In this document: piece after piece, positions 17,211 through 26,318 of the stretch | How positions within the stretch are numbered: position 1 is the stretch's first letter | Layout: each line of letters opens with the position of its first letter | From: Capsulimonadaceae bacterium | GTDB lineage: Bacteria; Armatimonadota; Armatimonadia; Armatimonadales; Capsulimonadaceae | Reading direction: 5' to 3' | Assembly: GCA_965215505.1 (NCBI GenBank) | Contig: OZ244065.1 | Coordinates: 5,088,001 to 5,152,000, forward strand | Length of the DNA: 64,000 nt | The notes under the pieces: generated by a model | Database searches by the model: none | What the model saw: the letters and a program-made list of their open reading frames with translations, nothing else | Told to the model about the DNA's origin: nothing | Position numbers and translations under genes: made by a program

Positions 17211-19370
17211 TTGGCAAAGGGAAAGATTACGGCAAAAGGGGTGTCCCTGCTGGATAAAGAGACCGAGAGTTCCGAGCCGGTCGCCCTCGATGGGCTGGGC
17301 GTCAACGGCACGAACGGGCACGTCAACGGGCAGGACGGGTCTGCGGCGCTGCTGGACACGACCGGGCGGCAGGTGGTGACGGAGATACTGAGCGAAGGCG
17401 TGGAAGACTCCGAGGCGATGGGCCACGTCACCGAGGAATACACGGCGGACACCATCCGCCTGCTGGAAGGGGTGGAACACGTCCGCACCCGCCCGGCCAT
17501 GTACATCGGCGACACCGGCTCGGCGGGCCTGCACCACCTCCTGTTCGAGATCGTGGACAACTCCATTGACGAGGTGCTGGCCGGGTACGCCTCGGAGATC
17601 TGGGTGACGCTCAACGCCGACAAGACGGTTTCGGTCCGCGACAATGGGCGCGGCATCCCCCCCGATATCAACAAGGCGACCGGCCTGTCCGGGGTCGAGC
17701 TTGCCATGACCAAGCTGAACGCCGGCGGCAAGTTCGGCGGCGGCGGCTACAAGGTGTCGGGCGGCCTGCACGGCGTCGGCCTGTCCTGCGTCAATTTCCT
17801 GTCCGAATGGTGTGAGGCCGTCGTCGAGCAGCGCGGCAAGAAGTACAAGCTGCGCTGCGTCAAGGGCATCCCCAAGCCGAAGGGCCTCAAGGAGATCGGG
17901 ACATCGGACGGGCACGGGACGACCCTCACCTGGCTTGCCGACACGGAGATCTTCGGCGAGTACACCTACAAGCCCGAGGTCTTCGAGTCGCGCATCCGCA
18001 ACACCTGCTACCTGAACCGCGAGGTGACGATTCACTTCCACGACCTGCTGACCGGGTCGGAGCCGGTGACGTATCACTACGAGCGCGGGATCGCCGAGCA
18101 GGTGGAACACCTGAACGAGAACAAGACGGCCCTGTGCCCGACGATCTACTTCCTGAAGAAGCGCGAGGACGTGCAGGTCGAGATCGCCTTGCAGTACAAC
18201 GACACCTACACCGAGTCGGTGCTGTCGTTCGCCAACAACGTCCACACCAAAGAAGGCGGGACGCACCTGTCGGGCTTCCGCACCGCCCTGACTCGCGTCA
18301 TCAACCAGTACGCCCGCAAGTCGGGTGCCCTGAAGGACAAGGACACGAACCTGAGCGGTGACGACGTCCGCGAGGGCCTGACCGCCGTGCTGTCGGTGCG
18401 GCTGTTCAAGCCGCAGTTCGAGGGCCAGACGAAGGCCAAGCTCGGCAACTCCGAGGTCGAGGGCATCGTCAACTCGATCATGGGCGAGGGCCTGACTCAG
18501 TATTTGGAAGAAAACCCCGCCGTCGGCAAGCGCATCATAGATAAGGCGCTCACCGCCCAGCGCGCCCGCGATGCCGCCCGCAAGGCCGCCGACCTGATCA
18601 AGCGCCAGTCCAGCCTGGAGAACTCCAACCTCCCCGGCAAGCTGGCCGACTGCACCGAGCGCGACCCCAAGAAGTGCGAGCTTTTTCTGGTCGAGGGCGA
18701 CAGTGCAGGTGGAAGTGCCAAACAGGGCCGGGACCGGCGCTATCAGGCAATCCTGCCGCTCCGGGGCAAGATCATCAACACCAGCAAGGCCGCGCTGGAC
18801 AAGACCTTGGAAAACAACGAGGTCCGCAGCCTGATCACCGCCCTGGGAATCGGCATCAAGGTGGACAGTGACGGGGACGACGAGGGCGAGGCGACTTCCA
18901 AGTTCGACATGTCCCGCCTGCGCTACGACCGCATCATCATCATGACCGATGCGGACGTGGACGGCGACCACATCCGGACGCTGCTGCTGACGTTCTTCTT
19001 CAGCTACATGCAGCCGCTGATCGAGCAGGGACACGTCTACATCGCCCAGCCGCCGCTCTACTCGATCAAGTCCGGCAAGGACACCCGCCTTTATGCCCGG
19101 TCGGCGGAGGAGCGGGACCGGATGGTCAAGGAGCTGAAGCGCAAGGACGTCCAGGTGGGCCGCTTCAAAGGCCTGGGCGAAATGAACGCGCAGGAGCTGT
19201 TCGAGACGACGCTGAACATCGAGACGCGGACACTGGCCCGCGTCACCCTGGAGGATGCCGAGGCCGCCGCCGAGATGTTCTCGATCCTGATGAGCGAGAA
19301 AGTCGAGCCGCGCAAGCAGTTCATCATCAAGTACGCCCGCGAGGTGTCAAACGTGGACTGGCACTGCTGA
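17211..19370 (+). CDS. gyrB: Type IIA topoisomerase B subunit (DNA gyrase B; ParE not excluded)
   Basis: HVRTRPAMYIG, EIVDNSIDE, SGGLHGVG, EGDSAGG, PLRGK, MTDADVDG, RFKGLGEM. Confidence 0.9.
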   Translation: MAKGKITAKGVSLLDKETESSEPVALDGLGVNGTNGHVNGQDGSAALLDTTGRQVVTEILSEGVEDSEAMGHVTEEYTADTIRLLEGVEHVRTRPAMYIGDTGSAGLHHLLFEIVDNSIDEVLAGYASEIWVTLNADKTVSVRDNGRGIPPDINKATGLSGVELAMTKLNAGGKFGGGGYKVSGGLHGVGLSCVNFLSEWCEAVVEQRGKKYKLRCVKGIPKPKGLKEIGTSDGHGTTLTWLADTEIFGEYTYKPEVFESRIRNTCYLNREVTIHFHDLLTGSEPVTYHYERGIAEQVEHLNENKTALCPTIYFLKKREDVQVEIALQYNDTYTESVLSFANNVHTKEGGTHLSGFRTALTRVINQYARKSGALKDKDTNLSGDDVREGLTAVLSVRLFKPQFEGQTKAKLGNSEVEGIVNSIMGEGLTQYLEENPAVGKRIIDKALTAQRARDAARKAADLIKRQSSLENSNLPGKLADCTERDPKKCELFLVEGDSAGGSAKQGRDRRYQAILPLRGKIINTSKAALDKTLENNEVRSLITALGIGIKVDSDGDDEGEATSKFDMSRLRYDRIIIMTDADVDGDHIRTLLLTFFFSYMQPLIEQGHVYIAQPPLYSIKSGKDTRLYARSAEERDRMVKELKRKDVQVGRFKGLGEMNAQELFETTLNIETRTLARVTLEDAEAAAEMFSILMSEKVEPRKQFIIKYAREVSNVDWHC

Positions 19371-20356
19371 TGCGCGCGTCTTCCTTCATCCGAAACCGTC
19401 ATGCCCCCCCAACACTGGGGGGGCTTTTCCTCTGCCTCATGCCCCTCTGCCTGCTGCCGGGCTGCTCCCCGCACACCTCGGCAGCCCACGCCGCTCCGCC
19501 CGCCGCCGCGCTGCCGGGCGCGGACACCCTCGCCCCCGGCGTCGTTCACCGCGCCATTCCTCTGACCGCCGACACCGGCATAGACATCATTGACCTGGAC
19601 CTGGACCGCGCCCAGACGCGGTGGGGCATCGAGACGCGCGGCGTTCAACTGGTCAATGGCCGTGTCGTCGGGCAGTCCTTCACCCCGCGCGACTGGCTGA
19701 CCCGCCGTGGCGGGCTGGCCGCCGTCAACGGCGGCTACTTCGGGGCGGAGGACGCCCAGGGGCGGAAAGAGTTCGTCGGCCTGCTGGTGGAAAAGGGGCG
19801 CGTCCGCCACGCCGCGCCGCCGCTGCATGGGGCGGGCAGCCCGACCATCCGCCGGGGCCAGTACGTCCGCAGCGCCTTCGGCCTGATGGCGGACGGCACG
19901 CCCGATATCGTCTGGGCCGCGACGGACACGGGGAAGCCGCAGTCACTCCACACGTTCGCCGCCCCGATGGGGCGGCGCGGGGCTGAGTGGCGCGTCGCAC
20001 AAGCCGTCGGCTGCGGTCCGACCTTGATCTCCGGCGGCACGGTCGTCGTCACGCAGTACCAGGAGCGGCTGGTCAGCCCTGGCCCTCGGGCGCGCACTTT
20101 CGTGGCTTACGACACTGTAGAGGGAAGGCCGAGGCACCTGCTCGTCGGCACGGCCTCCGGGGCAGACTTCCCTGCCCTCGCCGTCTTCCTCGCCGCCTAC
20201 TTCCCGCGCTACGATGGGACGCGGGCCGAGGCCGCCATGTGCCTGGACGGCGGCGCGTCCACGCAGATGACCTACCGGATCAACGGCGCGCTCCAATCCC
20301 CCCGCGAAACCGGCGTCACCGTCCCCGACGCGCTCGTGCTGCGCCCCTCGCCGTGA
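19370..20356 (+). CDS. Phosphodiester glycosidase (NAGPA-like) family putative lipoprotein
   Basis: AAVNGGYF, GPTLI, AMCLDGGAST; lipobox-like LPGC. Confidence 0.8.
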   Translation: MRASSFIRNRHAPPTLGGLFLCLMPLCLLPGCSPHTSAAHAAPPAAALPGADTLAPGVVHRAIPLTADTGIDIIDLDLDRAQTRWGIETRGVQLVNGRVVGQSFTPRDWLTRRGGLAAVNGGYFGAEDAQGRKEFVGLLVEKGRVRHAAPPLHGAGSPTIRRGQYVRSAFGLMADGTPDIVWAATDTGKPQSLHTFAAPMGRRGAEWRVAQAVGCGPTLISGGTVVVTQYQERLVSPGPRARTFVAYDTVEGRPRHLLVGTASGADFPALAVFLAAYFPRYDGTRAEAAMCLDGGASTQMTYRINGALQSPRETGVTVPDALVLRPSP

Positions 20357-20419
20357 CACGACTTGTCAAAGGCCGCCCGTCCGTGGTACAATTCGTGCTT
20401 GCAGGGAGGAATCTGAAAC

Positions 20420-20731
20420 ATGCGCCGGTACAAGACGATCGTGACCGACTACGAGGGGATGCAGGGCGTCCTGGATACCCACGCCGAGCAGGGCTGGCTC
20501 CTGTTCTCGGTGACGCCGGACACCTGGCGCCGTACCGTATCGGAGGCCACCGGCATGGCCCCCTCGCCGTTCGACGAGCTGGACATCGAGAGCCATGCCA
20601 TGCGCGAGTATTCGGCCTCGTACTATCTGCTCGTCTTCCAGAGCGAGGAGAGTTTGGGGGACCGGGAGAGCTACGCCGCTGCCCAGGAACCTCTGCCGTT
20701 GAGCGCGTCCATGCCGGGCTTTGTGGAGTGA
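20420..20731 (+). CDS. Hypothetical protein (DUF4177-like fold possible)
   Basis: RBS ggagg; YKTI...LDTHAEQGWLLFSV...YYLLVF. Confidence 0.65.
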   Translation: MRRYKTIVTDYEGMQGVLDTHAEQGWLLFSVTPDTWRRTVSEATGMAPSPFDELDIESHAMREYSASYYLLVFQSEESLGDRESYAAAQEPLPLSASMPGFVE

Positions 20732-20905
20732 CCTAACCCCGCGACAAGTCGCGATCCTTCCCTGGTAGGGTGAAGAAGTAGATAAGCCGATGCGCCGGTA
20801 AAGCCCCGCCTCTGAACAAGAGGCGGGGGCTTCGTGCTGAATCCTGGTGTCTGATTCTTGCCCTCCCCTACTAGGGAAGGGTCGTGACTTGTCGCGGGGT
20901 TAGGT
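20731..20905. mobile_element. Palindromic MITE-like element enclosing a bidirectional terminator
   Basis: About 40-nt inverted repeats acctaaccccgcgacaagtc... at both ends; internal aagccccgcctct/agaggcgggggctt hairpin. Confidence 0.7.
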
Positions 20906-21880
20906 CCGAGGCAGGTCCACCCCGCAGTTCGGGCAGAAGACGAAGGCGCGATAGGGGATGGCGGTCTTGCAGTTCGGGCAGGTCCGCGCGTCGTCCGGGG
21001 GCGTATCCTGGAAGGCCTCCATGGTCGGCGTGGGTGCCTCCGAGGACTTCGGGTAGTTGCCCTTCAGGATGGCCGCGTACTCCTCGCCTTTCGCCCAGCC
21101 GTCGATGTCCAGGGCGCGCACGGCGGGGAAGGGGTGTGTCGTGTGCAAAGTCTGGCCCATCTTGAAGAACGAGTTCAGGGCGTCCTTCCCCATCTCCTCG
21201 TAGTCCCGGCCCTGCTGCAAGAAGGCGTCCTTGTCCATCTGCGCGTACAGCTTACGCGAGCCGCCGGCCAGCTTCATCTCCGTGTTCAAGACCGTCGTGA
21301 TGTCCTGCGAAACCAGCAGGCTGGCCCGGTCCGCCGTCAGCTCGCTCTGCCGATACCAGTGGAAGAAGGCGTAGAACAGCCCCGCCCCCAGCCCCTGCGC
21401 CAGCCCGAAGGTCCGCCCGCCCAGCCGCAGGAGCAGGTTCGCCAGGAATTCGGCGATCTGCCGGTACAGGACGTGGCCCGCCTTGATGTGCCCCAGCTCG
21501 TGCCCCAGCACGACCCGCCACTCGTCCTCGTCCAGCAGGTCAATCAGGCCGGAATACAGCACGATGATCGGCGACTCGACGCAGAACGTGAAGGCGTTCG
21601 CGAGGGGCCGCTGGTCAATGAAGAGCTGCGGGACCGGCATGTCCAGGATGGCGCAGGACTCGACCAGGAGGGCGTGCAGGTCGCGGCACTGGCTGCGGTC
21701 CACCCGGACGGTGTCCGAGAGGCAGTACAGCCGGCCCGTGCGGTCGCCGCCGTACTCGTTGAACTTGCGGAAGACCCAGTCGAGGCCGGGCGCTTTCCGC
21801 AGTGCGGCGAGGGTGGCGCGGTCGGTTGGGTGCTCGAAGGCCGTGGAAGACAGGCCGGGGAATCGCTGACGGTCCGACAT
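20900..21880 (-). CDS. M48 family zinc metallopeptidase with C-terminal zinc ribbon
   Basis: NAFT, GHELGH, ELTADRA, THPFPAVR, CPNC..CPNCG. Confidence 0.9.
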   Translation of the reverse strand: MSDRQRFPGLSSTAFEHPTDRATLAALRKAPGLDWVFRKFNEYGGDRTGRLYCLSDTVRVDRSQCRDLHALLVESCAILDMPVPQLFIDQRPLANAFTFCVESPIIVLYSGLIDLLDEDEWRVVLGHELGHIKAGHVLYRQIAEFLANLLLRLGGRTFGLAQGLGAGLFYAFFHWYRQSELTADRASLLVSQDITTVLNTEMKLAGGSRKLYAQMDKDAFLQQGRDYEEMGKDALNSFFKMGQTLHTTHPFPAVRALDIDGWAKGEEYAAILKGNYPKSSEAPTPTMEAFQDTPPDDARTCPNCKTAIPYRAFVFCPNCGVDLPRT

Positions 21881-21921
21881 GGGATAGCTCCTTTACTTGC
21901 GACGACAGCAGATGTAGTATT

Positions 21922-22281
21922 TCAAGGCAATGGCCGCTGGCGGACCTGATTATTGTCGAGGATGGTGAAATTACCCTCCAGAAAAATCAAGACATCCGAG
22001 AGAACAATCAACAGACGCCTCGCCGCCTCTTCAGGGCTGGTAGTATCGAAGCGCATGTACACAACGCCCACAGGGGCCGGTAGTCTCTGCCGAAATATCA
22101 ACTCGCCGTAGTCGCGGTCGAAGGTCAGAATGATGCGCTGTTTATGGACCGCCCGTGTCAAAACTGCTGTATCTTCTACACCTGGCGAATCTTCAATGAT
22201 GGCGGCGACCTCGTATCCTGCGGCGCGGAGGAGGCTGATGCTGGGAACCGGGAAATTCTCGTTGGCGAGGAACTTGCTCAA
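21922..22281 (-). CDS. DUF5615 PIN-like toxin (VapC45-type)
   Basis: KFLANENFP...RIILTFDRDYGELIF. Confidence 0.9.
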   Translation of the reverse strand: MSKFLANENFPVPSISLLRAAGYEVAAIIEDSPGVEDTAVLTRAVHKQRIILTFDRDYGELIFRQRLPAPVGVVYMRFDTTSPEEAARRLLIVLSDVLIFLEGNFTILDNNQVRQRPLP

Positions 22282-22514
22282 GGAGAACCCGCAAGCGTGT
22301 AGAATGTTCCTTCTTGAACACTTTCGGCGGCGAAGGCGTGAACTGCCCGCAGCGCTTCCGGCGTGAGTGTAGGATAGCTTTCGAGAATCTGTGCTTCTGT
22401 CCAGCCAGCGGCGTAAAGGCCGAGCAAGAACTCGACCGCGAGGCGTGTCCCGCGCACGACGGGTTTGCCGACCAGTATTTTTGGATCTACATGTATGTAC
22501 GGCTGCCAGTCCAT
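22278..22514 (-). CDS. DUF433 antitoxin (VapB45-type)
   Basis: DPKILVGKPVVRGTRLAVEFLL...ILESYPTLT; overlaps the toxin start. Confidence 0.92.
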   Translation of the reverse strand: MDWQPYIHVDPKILVGKPVVRGTRLAVEFLLGLYAAGWTEAQILESYPTLTPEALRAVHAFAAESVQEGTFYTLAGSP

Positions 22515-22519
22515 AAAGG

Positions 22520-25500
22520 TTACTCTTTCTCCAGCGAGATGGCGATGATCTTGACGTTCCGGTCGTTCGGCAGGGTCAGGCCGGTCAGCTTCCGGCCTGC
22601 GTCGGGCCGCAGCGCGTAGTCGCCCAGGGTCGTGGCGCGGGCCTTGACGCCGCCCCCGGCATAGTAATACGGGGCGGTCAAGGCGGGCGTGACGCCCGCC
22701 CCGGTCGGGACGGCGCCCCAGTCGGCGACGGGGACCGAGACCAACTGCGTCTCGCCGCCGAATTGCAGGCCGAAGCCCGCGGGCACGGTCGTGCCGCCGG
22801 TGGCGGCGGCGAGCAGGTGGACCGCCCTGTACCGCCCGCTCGGGAGGGCGATCGTCTGGCCGGTGCAGGTGATGACGTTCGGCTGGCCCTCCCGGACGGA
22901 GGGGTATAGGAACGAGACGGCGTGGTTTGAGGCCTCGCCCGCCCCCGTCCGGGCCGTGTAGTAGCCGGACGGATAGAGGGGAGGGCCGGGGCGGCCCAAG
23001 GCGAACGGGTCGCCTTCCACCTCGGTCGTGGCATCGGGAGGCAGGGCCTCGCCGGGCAGGGTAGCCCCGTGGCCGTCGAACCCGCCGGTCTTGGAAACGT
23101 CTCCTCCGGCGATGCCGACCGAGTTGAACGACTTAGTCAGGTCTACGGGGACGACCGAGGCACTCTTGCCGCCGACGTTGACCAGCACTTGCAGCGTGTC
23201 GTCCCCGCGCGCGGCGGGCAGCGTGGACTGCCAGGGTCCGTCGCCCACGCGGACGTCCCAGACCAGGGCATAGCGGCCCGGCGCTTTGGGCGCGCGAAAG
23301 GCCGCAGTGATCGCGCTGTCGGTGGCGGCGGGGGGCAGGTCCTTGGTCAAATAGGCGGTCGGGCCGCCCTCCCAGGTCATCTCAGTCCCGTCCAGGTAGT
23401 ACCAGTGATATCCGATGCGTACCTGGTCCTTCTTCAAGACGTCCGGCCCCTGGTTCTGGAGGGCGAGGGTGGCCGTCCCCTCCTTGCCGGCGTCCATGGT
23501 GCGTGGGAGGTCCGCCTGGAGGAAGACCGCGCCGGGCAGGGAAGCCGCGACCGTCAGCGTTTCGTCGTAAGACCCCTTGACGACCGAGCCGAGGGCGTCG
23601 GGCCGGACGAACCAGTGCAGCCGGTACGCGCCGGGCGCGAGCGGCCTGCCCCCCGAGTCCACGGTCGGCACGGCCAGCGGGATGATGGCGATCTGGCCCG
23701 ACGCGATGGGGGCGGGGGCCGCACCGGGGTCCAGCGGCTTGGTGCCCTCGGCGACCGTTTTGGGGTCCGACCCGTCCGGCTCGACGGTCTGGATCTTGTA
23801 GCCCAATGCATAGCCGATCGGCCACGCCGAGGCGCCGTCGTTGCGGACCTGCACCGTCGTCTGGGCCGACGCCCCGGCCTGGACCACGCCTGGCGTGGCC
23901 GCGCTGAGGAAGGTCGCCGCGGTGCCGCCGACGCCCGAATCCGCCCCGATGACGGTGACGGGGACTTGCAGGGGCGTGTCGCCGGCGTAGGAGAACCAGC
24001 GCTCCTGGCTCTGCACCATGTCGAAGACGAGTGTGTAGTCGCCCGGCGCGAGGTCCTCGCCGAAGTTGTTGCGGGCGACCAGGCCGACCGAGAGGGTCAG
24101 GGCCTGGCCGGGGAGGACGTCCCGCGCGATGGGGATGCGCGGCGCGCTGTCGTCGAACAGCTTGCCGTCCTTGTACCAGCGCGTGGACAGCGAGTAGCCC
24201 TCGCCCGCGCGCCACGGGAGGGTGCCGGCGTTTTCGATGCGGATGGGGATCTGGTAGAGAGTCTTGGGGTAGACCGTGCGCGGAGTCGAGTGCGCCAGGT
24301 ACTTGGCGTGCCAGGGGCGGCTGCCGTCATAGACGACCACGGCGGCCCGCGTGGCGTCGGCGTACTGCTCGCCGTACTGGCGGGAGGCGGCGATCTCCGT
24401 CCCGTGCGCGAAGTCGTTCCAGCTATCCACCACGACCTCTTCGGGCGTTGAGACCATCGCCACCTGCCAGGCGGTGTCATAGGTGCGTCCGCCCTTGCGC
24501 GAGACGACGCCGTCTTTGTCCAGGCGGCCCGGCGAGACCGAGGCGACGGAGCTGCTGTAGAACAGCCGCGCGATGGGCGTGCCGTCGGCGAGCGTCTTCT
24601 TGGCGTCCGTCCCCAGGCTCAGGTCGTAGACCAGGACGCCCGCCCGGCCCGCTCCGGGGATCTCGGACAGGGCGCGGAACTCGGCGGGGACGTGCGCGTA
24701 GATCAGGTCGAGGTCCGGCTGGCCCGCCGTCGCGTCCACGCCGACCAGCGGATAATCCAGGCCCGCCGCCTTCATGTCCTTGAGGGCGGTGATGAAGGCG
24801 TCGACCTCGCGCGGCAGCAGGGCGTCATCGGGCTGCGTCCGCAGCAGTGCCACCTCGATGCCCGCGCGGCGCATGTCCGAGAGCTGCTGGCGGTGCCACT
24901 GCGGGCGCAGGCCGGAGAACCAGGGTCCCGCGCCGTTGATGGGCTGGTCGGCCAGCAGAGTCCCGCCCGCTGCGTTCCAGACGTTCTGGCCCGCCGCGCG
25001 GCGCGTGTCGGCGTTGAAGTCCAGGCGGTAGATGCCCATGATGTAGGCGGGCGGCTTGGGCTGGCCCAGTACAAACGAGTCGCTGTTGACCGTGACGCCT
25101 TCGGGCGTGTCCGGGCCGCCCGTGTTCTGCGCGGTCTGGCCCGGACCCCGGCCACCCCGGCCGCTGGCGACACGCTTCGGCCTAGGTGCGGGCGGGGGCG
25201 GAGGCAGCGGGACGTCCATGCCGGTCGGGTTCTTGATTCCGCCGGGGATGATCTTGATGATCGAGCCGCCCGGCATGTCAATGGTGCCGGTCTGCGTGCT
25301 GGCCGTCTGATCCGGCGACGGGACGGTCATGGCGGGCGGGTTGTCGAAGGGCGACTCGGTCGTGTTCGGCTCCTCTGCGACGGTCGGCGCGGGGGCCGCG
25401 ACGGCGTCCGTCCCGAACGCGAGCTGCGTGGCGGCCGGCCAGTCGCCGCTGATGATGGTGCCGTTGACGCGCGGGAACTGGCCGACGACCTTGGCGCAGA

Positions 25501-26188
25501 TCACCTTGTCCGTCGTCGAGGCCGCCCCCGCCGTGACGAACGTGATGTGGGACCACTTGGAGGGGTTCTGGACGTCCCCCTTCCCCTTCACTTTGCCCGA
25601 GAGCGAGTAAAACCGGTCGGCGGGGGCTGCCGCGCTGCTCCGGTCGCGCGACACGACATTGAAGCCCCAGGTCGTGCCCGGCGCGGGCGCCTTGGTCTGC
25701 CCCAGTTCCGTCCAGGGGATCGCCAGCTCGACGTCATAGCCCGTGGTCTTTTCGTCCGGCTGGTTCAAGGTGCCGTGGACCGTGACGGCGTACTTGTAGC
25801 TGTAGACCGCCTTGCCCTTGGGCGTCTTCGTCCCGTCCCCCACGCTGAAATACGCGCCCTGGGCTGCCGAGACGGCCATCTGGAACGTCTGCGGGGTGCG
25901 TACCCTGGCGCGGGCGTCGTCGTCCTCGAAGAAGACCTCGACGTCGTCGTCCTGCTGCGGCTCCGAGGTGGTGGAAACGTTGGTCCCGTAGACGGCACCG
26001 TCGTGGACGCGGAAGGCGGCATAGAAGTAGTAGTCGTCCCACGTCGTGTACATGGTTTCGACGCGCGGTGGGTTGGAGGGATCTGCTTTGGGCGCGGCCG
26101 AGGCACCGGAGGCAAGAGGCATAAGGAGCAGAGTCAGTGCCGCCGCCCAGAAGTGGCGCGCGGCGAGGCCCGATGGTTTCTTCAGCAT
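22520..26188 (-). CDS. Large secreted carbohydrate-related protein: CBM9-like, GH99/DUF5010-like, repeated NBR1-type Ig-like and C-terminal beta-sandwich regions
   Basis: Signal peptide; WDDYYFYAAFRVHD...ELAIPW...WGFNV; WHRQQLSDMRRAGI; three IENAG/VRNDG/LQNQG Ig-like modules. Confidence 0.7.
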   Translation of the reverse strand: MLKKPSGLAARHFWAAALTLLLMPLASGASAAPKADPSNPPRVETMYTTWDDYYFYAAFRVHDGAVYGTNVSTTSEPQQDDDVEVFFEDDDARARVRTPQTFQMAVSAAQGAYFSVGDGTKTPKGKAVYSYKYAVTVHGTLNQPDEKTTGYDVELAIPWTELGQTKAPAPGTTWGFNVVSRDRSSAAAPADRFYSLSGKVKGKGDVQNPSKWSHITFVTAGAASTTDKVICAKVVGQFPRVNGTIISGDWPAATQLAFGTDAVAAPAPTVAEEPNTTESPFDNPPAMTVPSPDQTASTQTGTIDMPGGSIIKIIPGGIKNPTGMDVPLPPPPPAPRPKRVASGRGGRGPGQTAQNTGGPDTPEGVTVNSDSFVLGQPKPPAYIMGIYRLDFNADTRRAAGQNVWNAAGGTLLADQPINGAGPWFSGLRPQWHRQQLSDMRRAGIEVALLRTQPDDALLPREVDAFITALKDMKAAGLDYPLVGVDATAGQPDLDLIYAHVPAEFRALSEIPGAGRAGVLVYDLSLGTDAKKTLADGTPIARLFYSSSVASVSPGRLDKDGVVSRKGGRTYDTAWQVAMVSTPEEVVVDSWNDFAHGTEIAASRQYGEQYADATRAAVVVYDGSRPWHAKYLAHSTPRTVYPKTLYQIPIRIENAGTLPWRAGEGYSLSTRWYKDGKLFDDSAPRIPIARDVLPGQALTLSVGLVARNNFGEDLAPGDYTLVFDMVQSQERWFSYAGDTPLQVPVTVIGADSGVGGTAATFLSAATPGVVQAGASAQTTVQVRNDGASAWPIGYALGYKIQTVEPDGSDPKTVAEGTKPLDPGAAPAPIASGQIAIIPLAVPTVDSGGRPLAPGAYRLHWFVRPDALGSVVKGSYDETLTVAASLPGAVFLQADLPRTMDAGKEGTATLALQNQGPDVLKKDQVRIGYHWYYLDGTEMTWEGGPTAYLTKDLPPAATDSAITAAFRAPKAPGRYALVWDVRVGDGPWQSTLPAARGDDTLQVLVNVGGKSASVVPVDLTKSFNSVGIAGGDVSKTGGFDGHGATLPGEALPPDATTEVEGDPFALGRPGPPLYPSGYYTARTGAGEASNHAVSFLYPSVREGQPNVITCTGQTIALPSGRYRAVHLLAAATGGTTVPAGFGLQFGGETQLVSVPVADWGAVPTGAGVTPALTAPYYYAGGGVKARATTLGDYALRPDAGRKLTGLTLPNDRNVKIIAISLEKE

Positions 26189-26194
26189 AGCCAC

Positions 26195-26223
26195 ATTATA
26201 GCCGCGTGGGTGGGGGATGTCAA
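26195..26223 (-). promoter_or_regulatory. Consensus sigma70 promoter, probably leaderless transcript
   Basis: TTGACA-17 nt-TATAAT ending 6 nt before ATG 26188. Confidence 0.8.
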
Positions 26224-26318
26224 GGAAAGGTGTGGCAAGGCAAGGGGTGGGCCATCCGGCCCGCCCCTCGCTGACTCGCTGCCGCTCCGCGCGGCGGCGG
26301 CCCCGCCGGGATGGTGTT

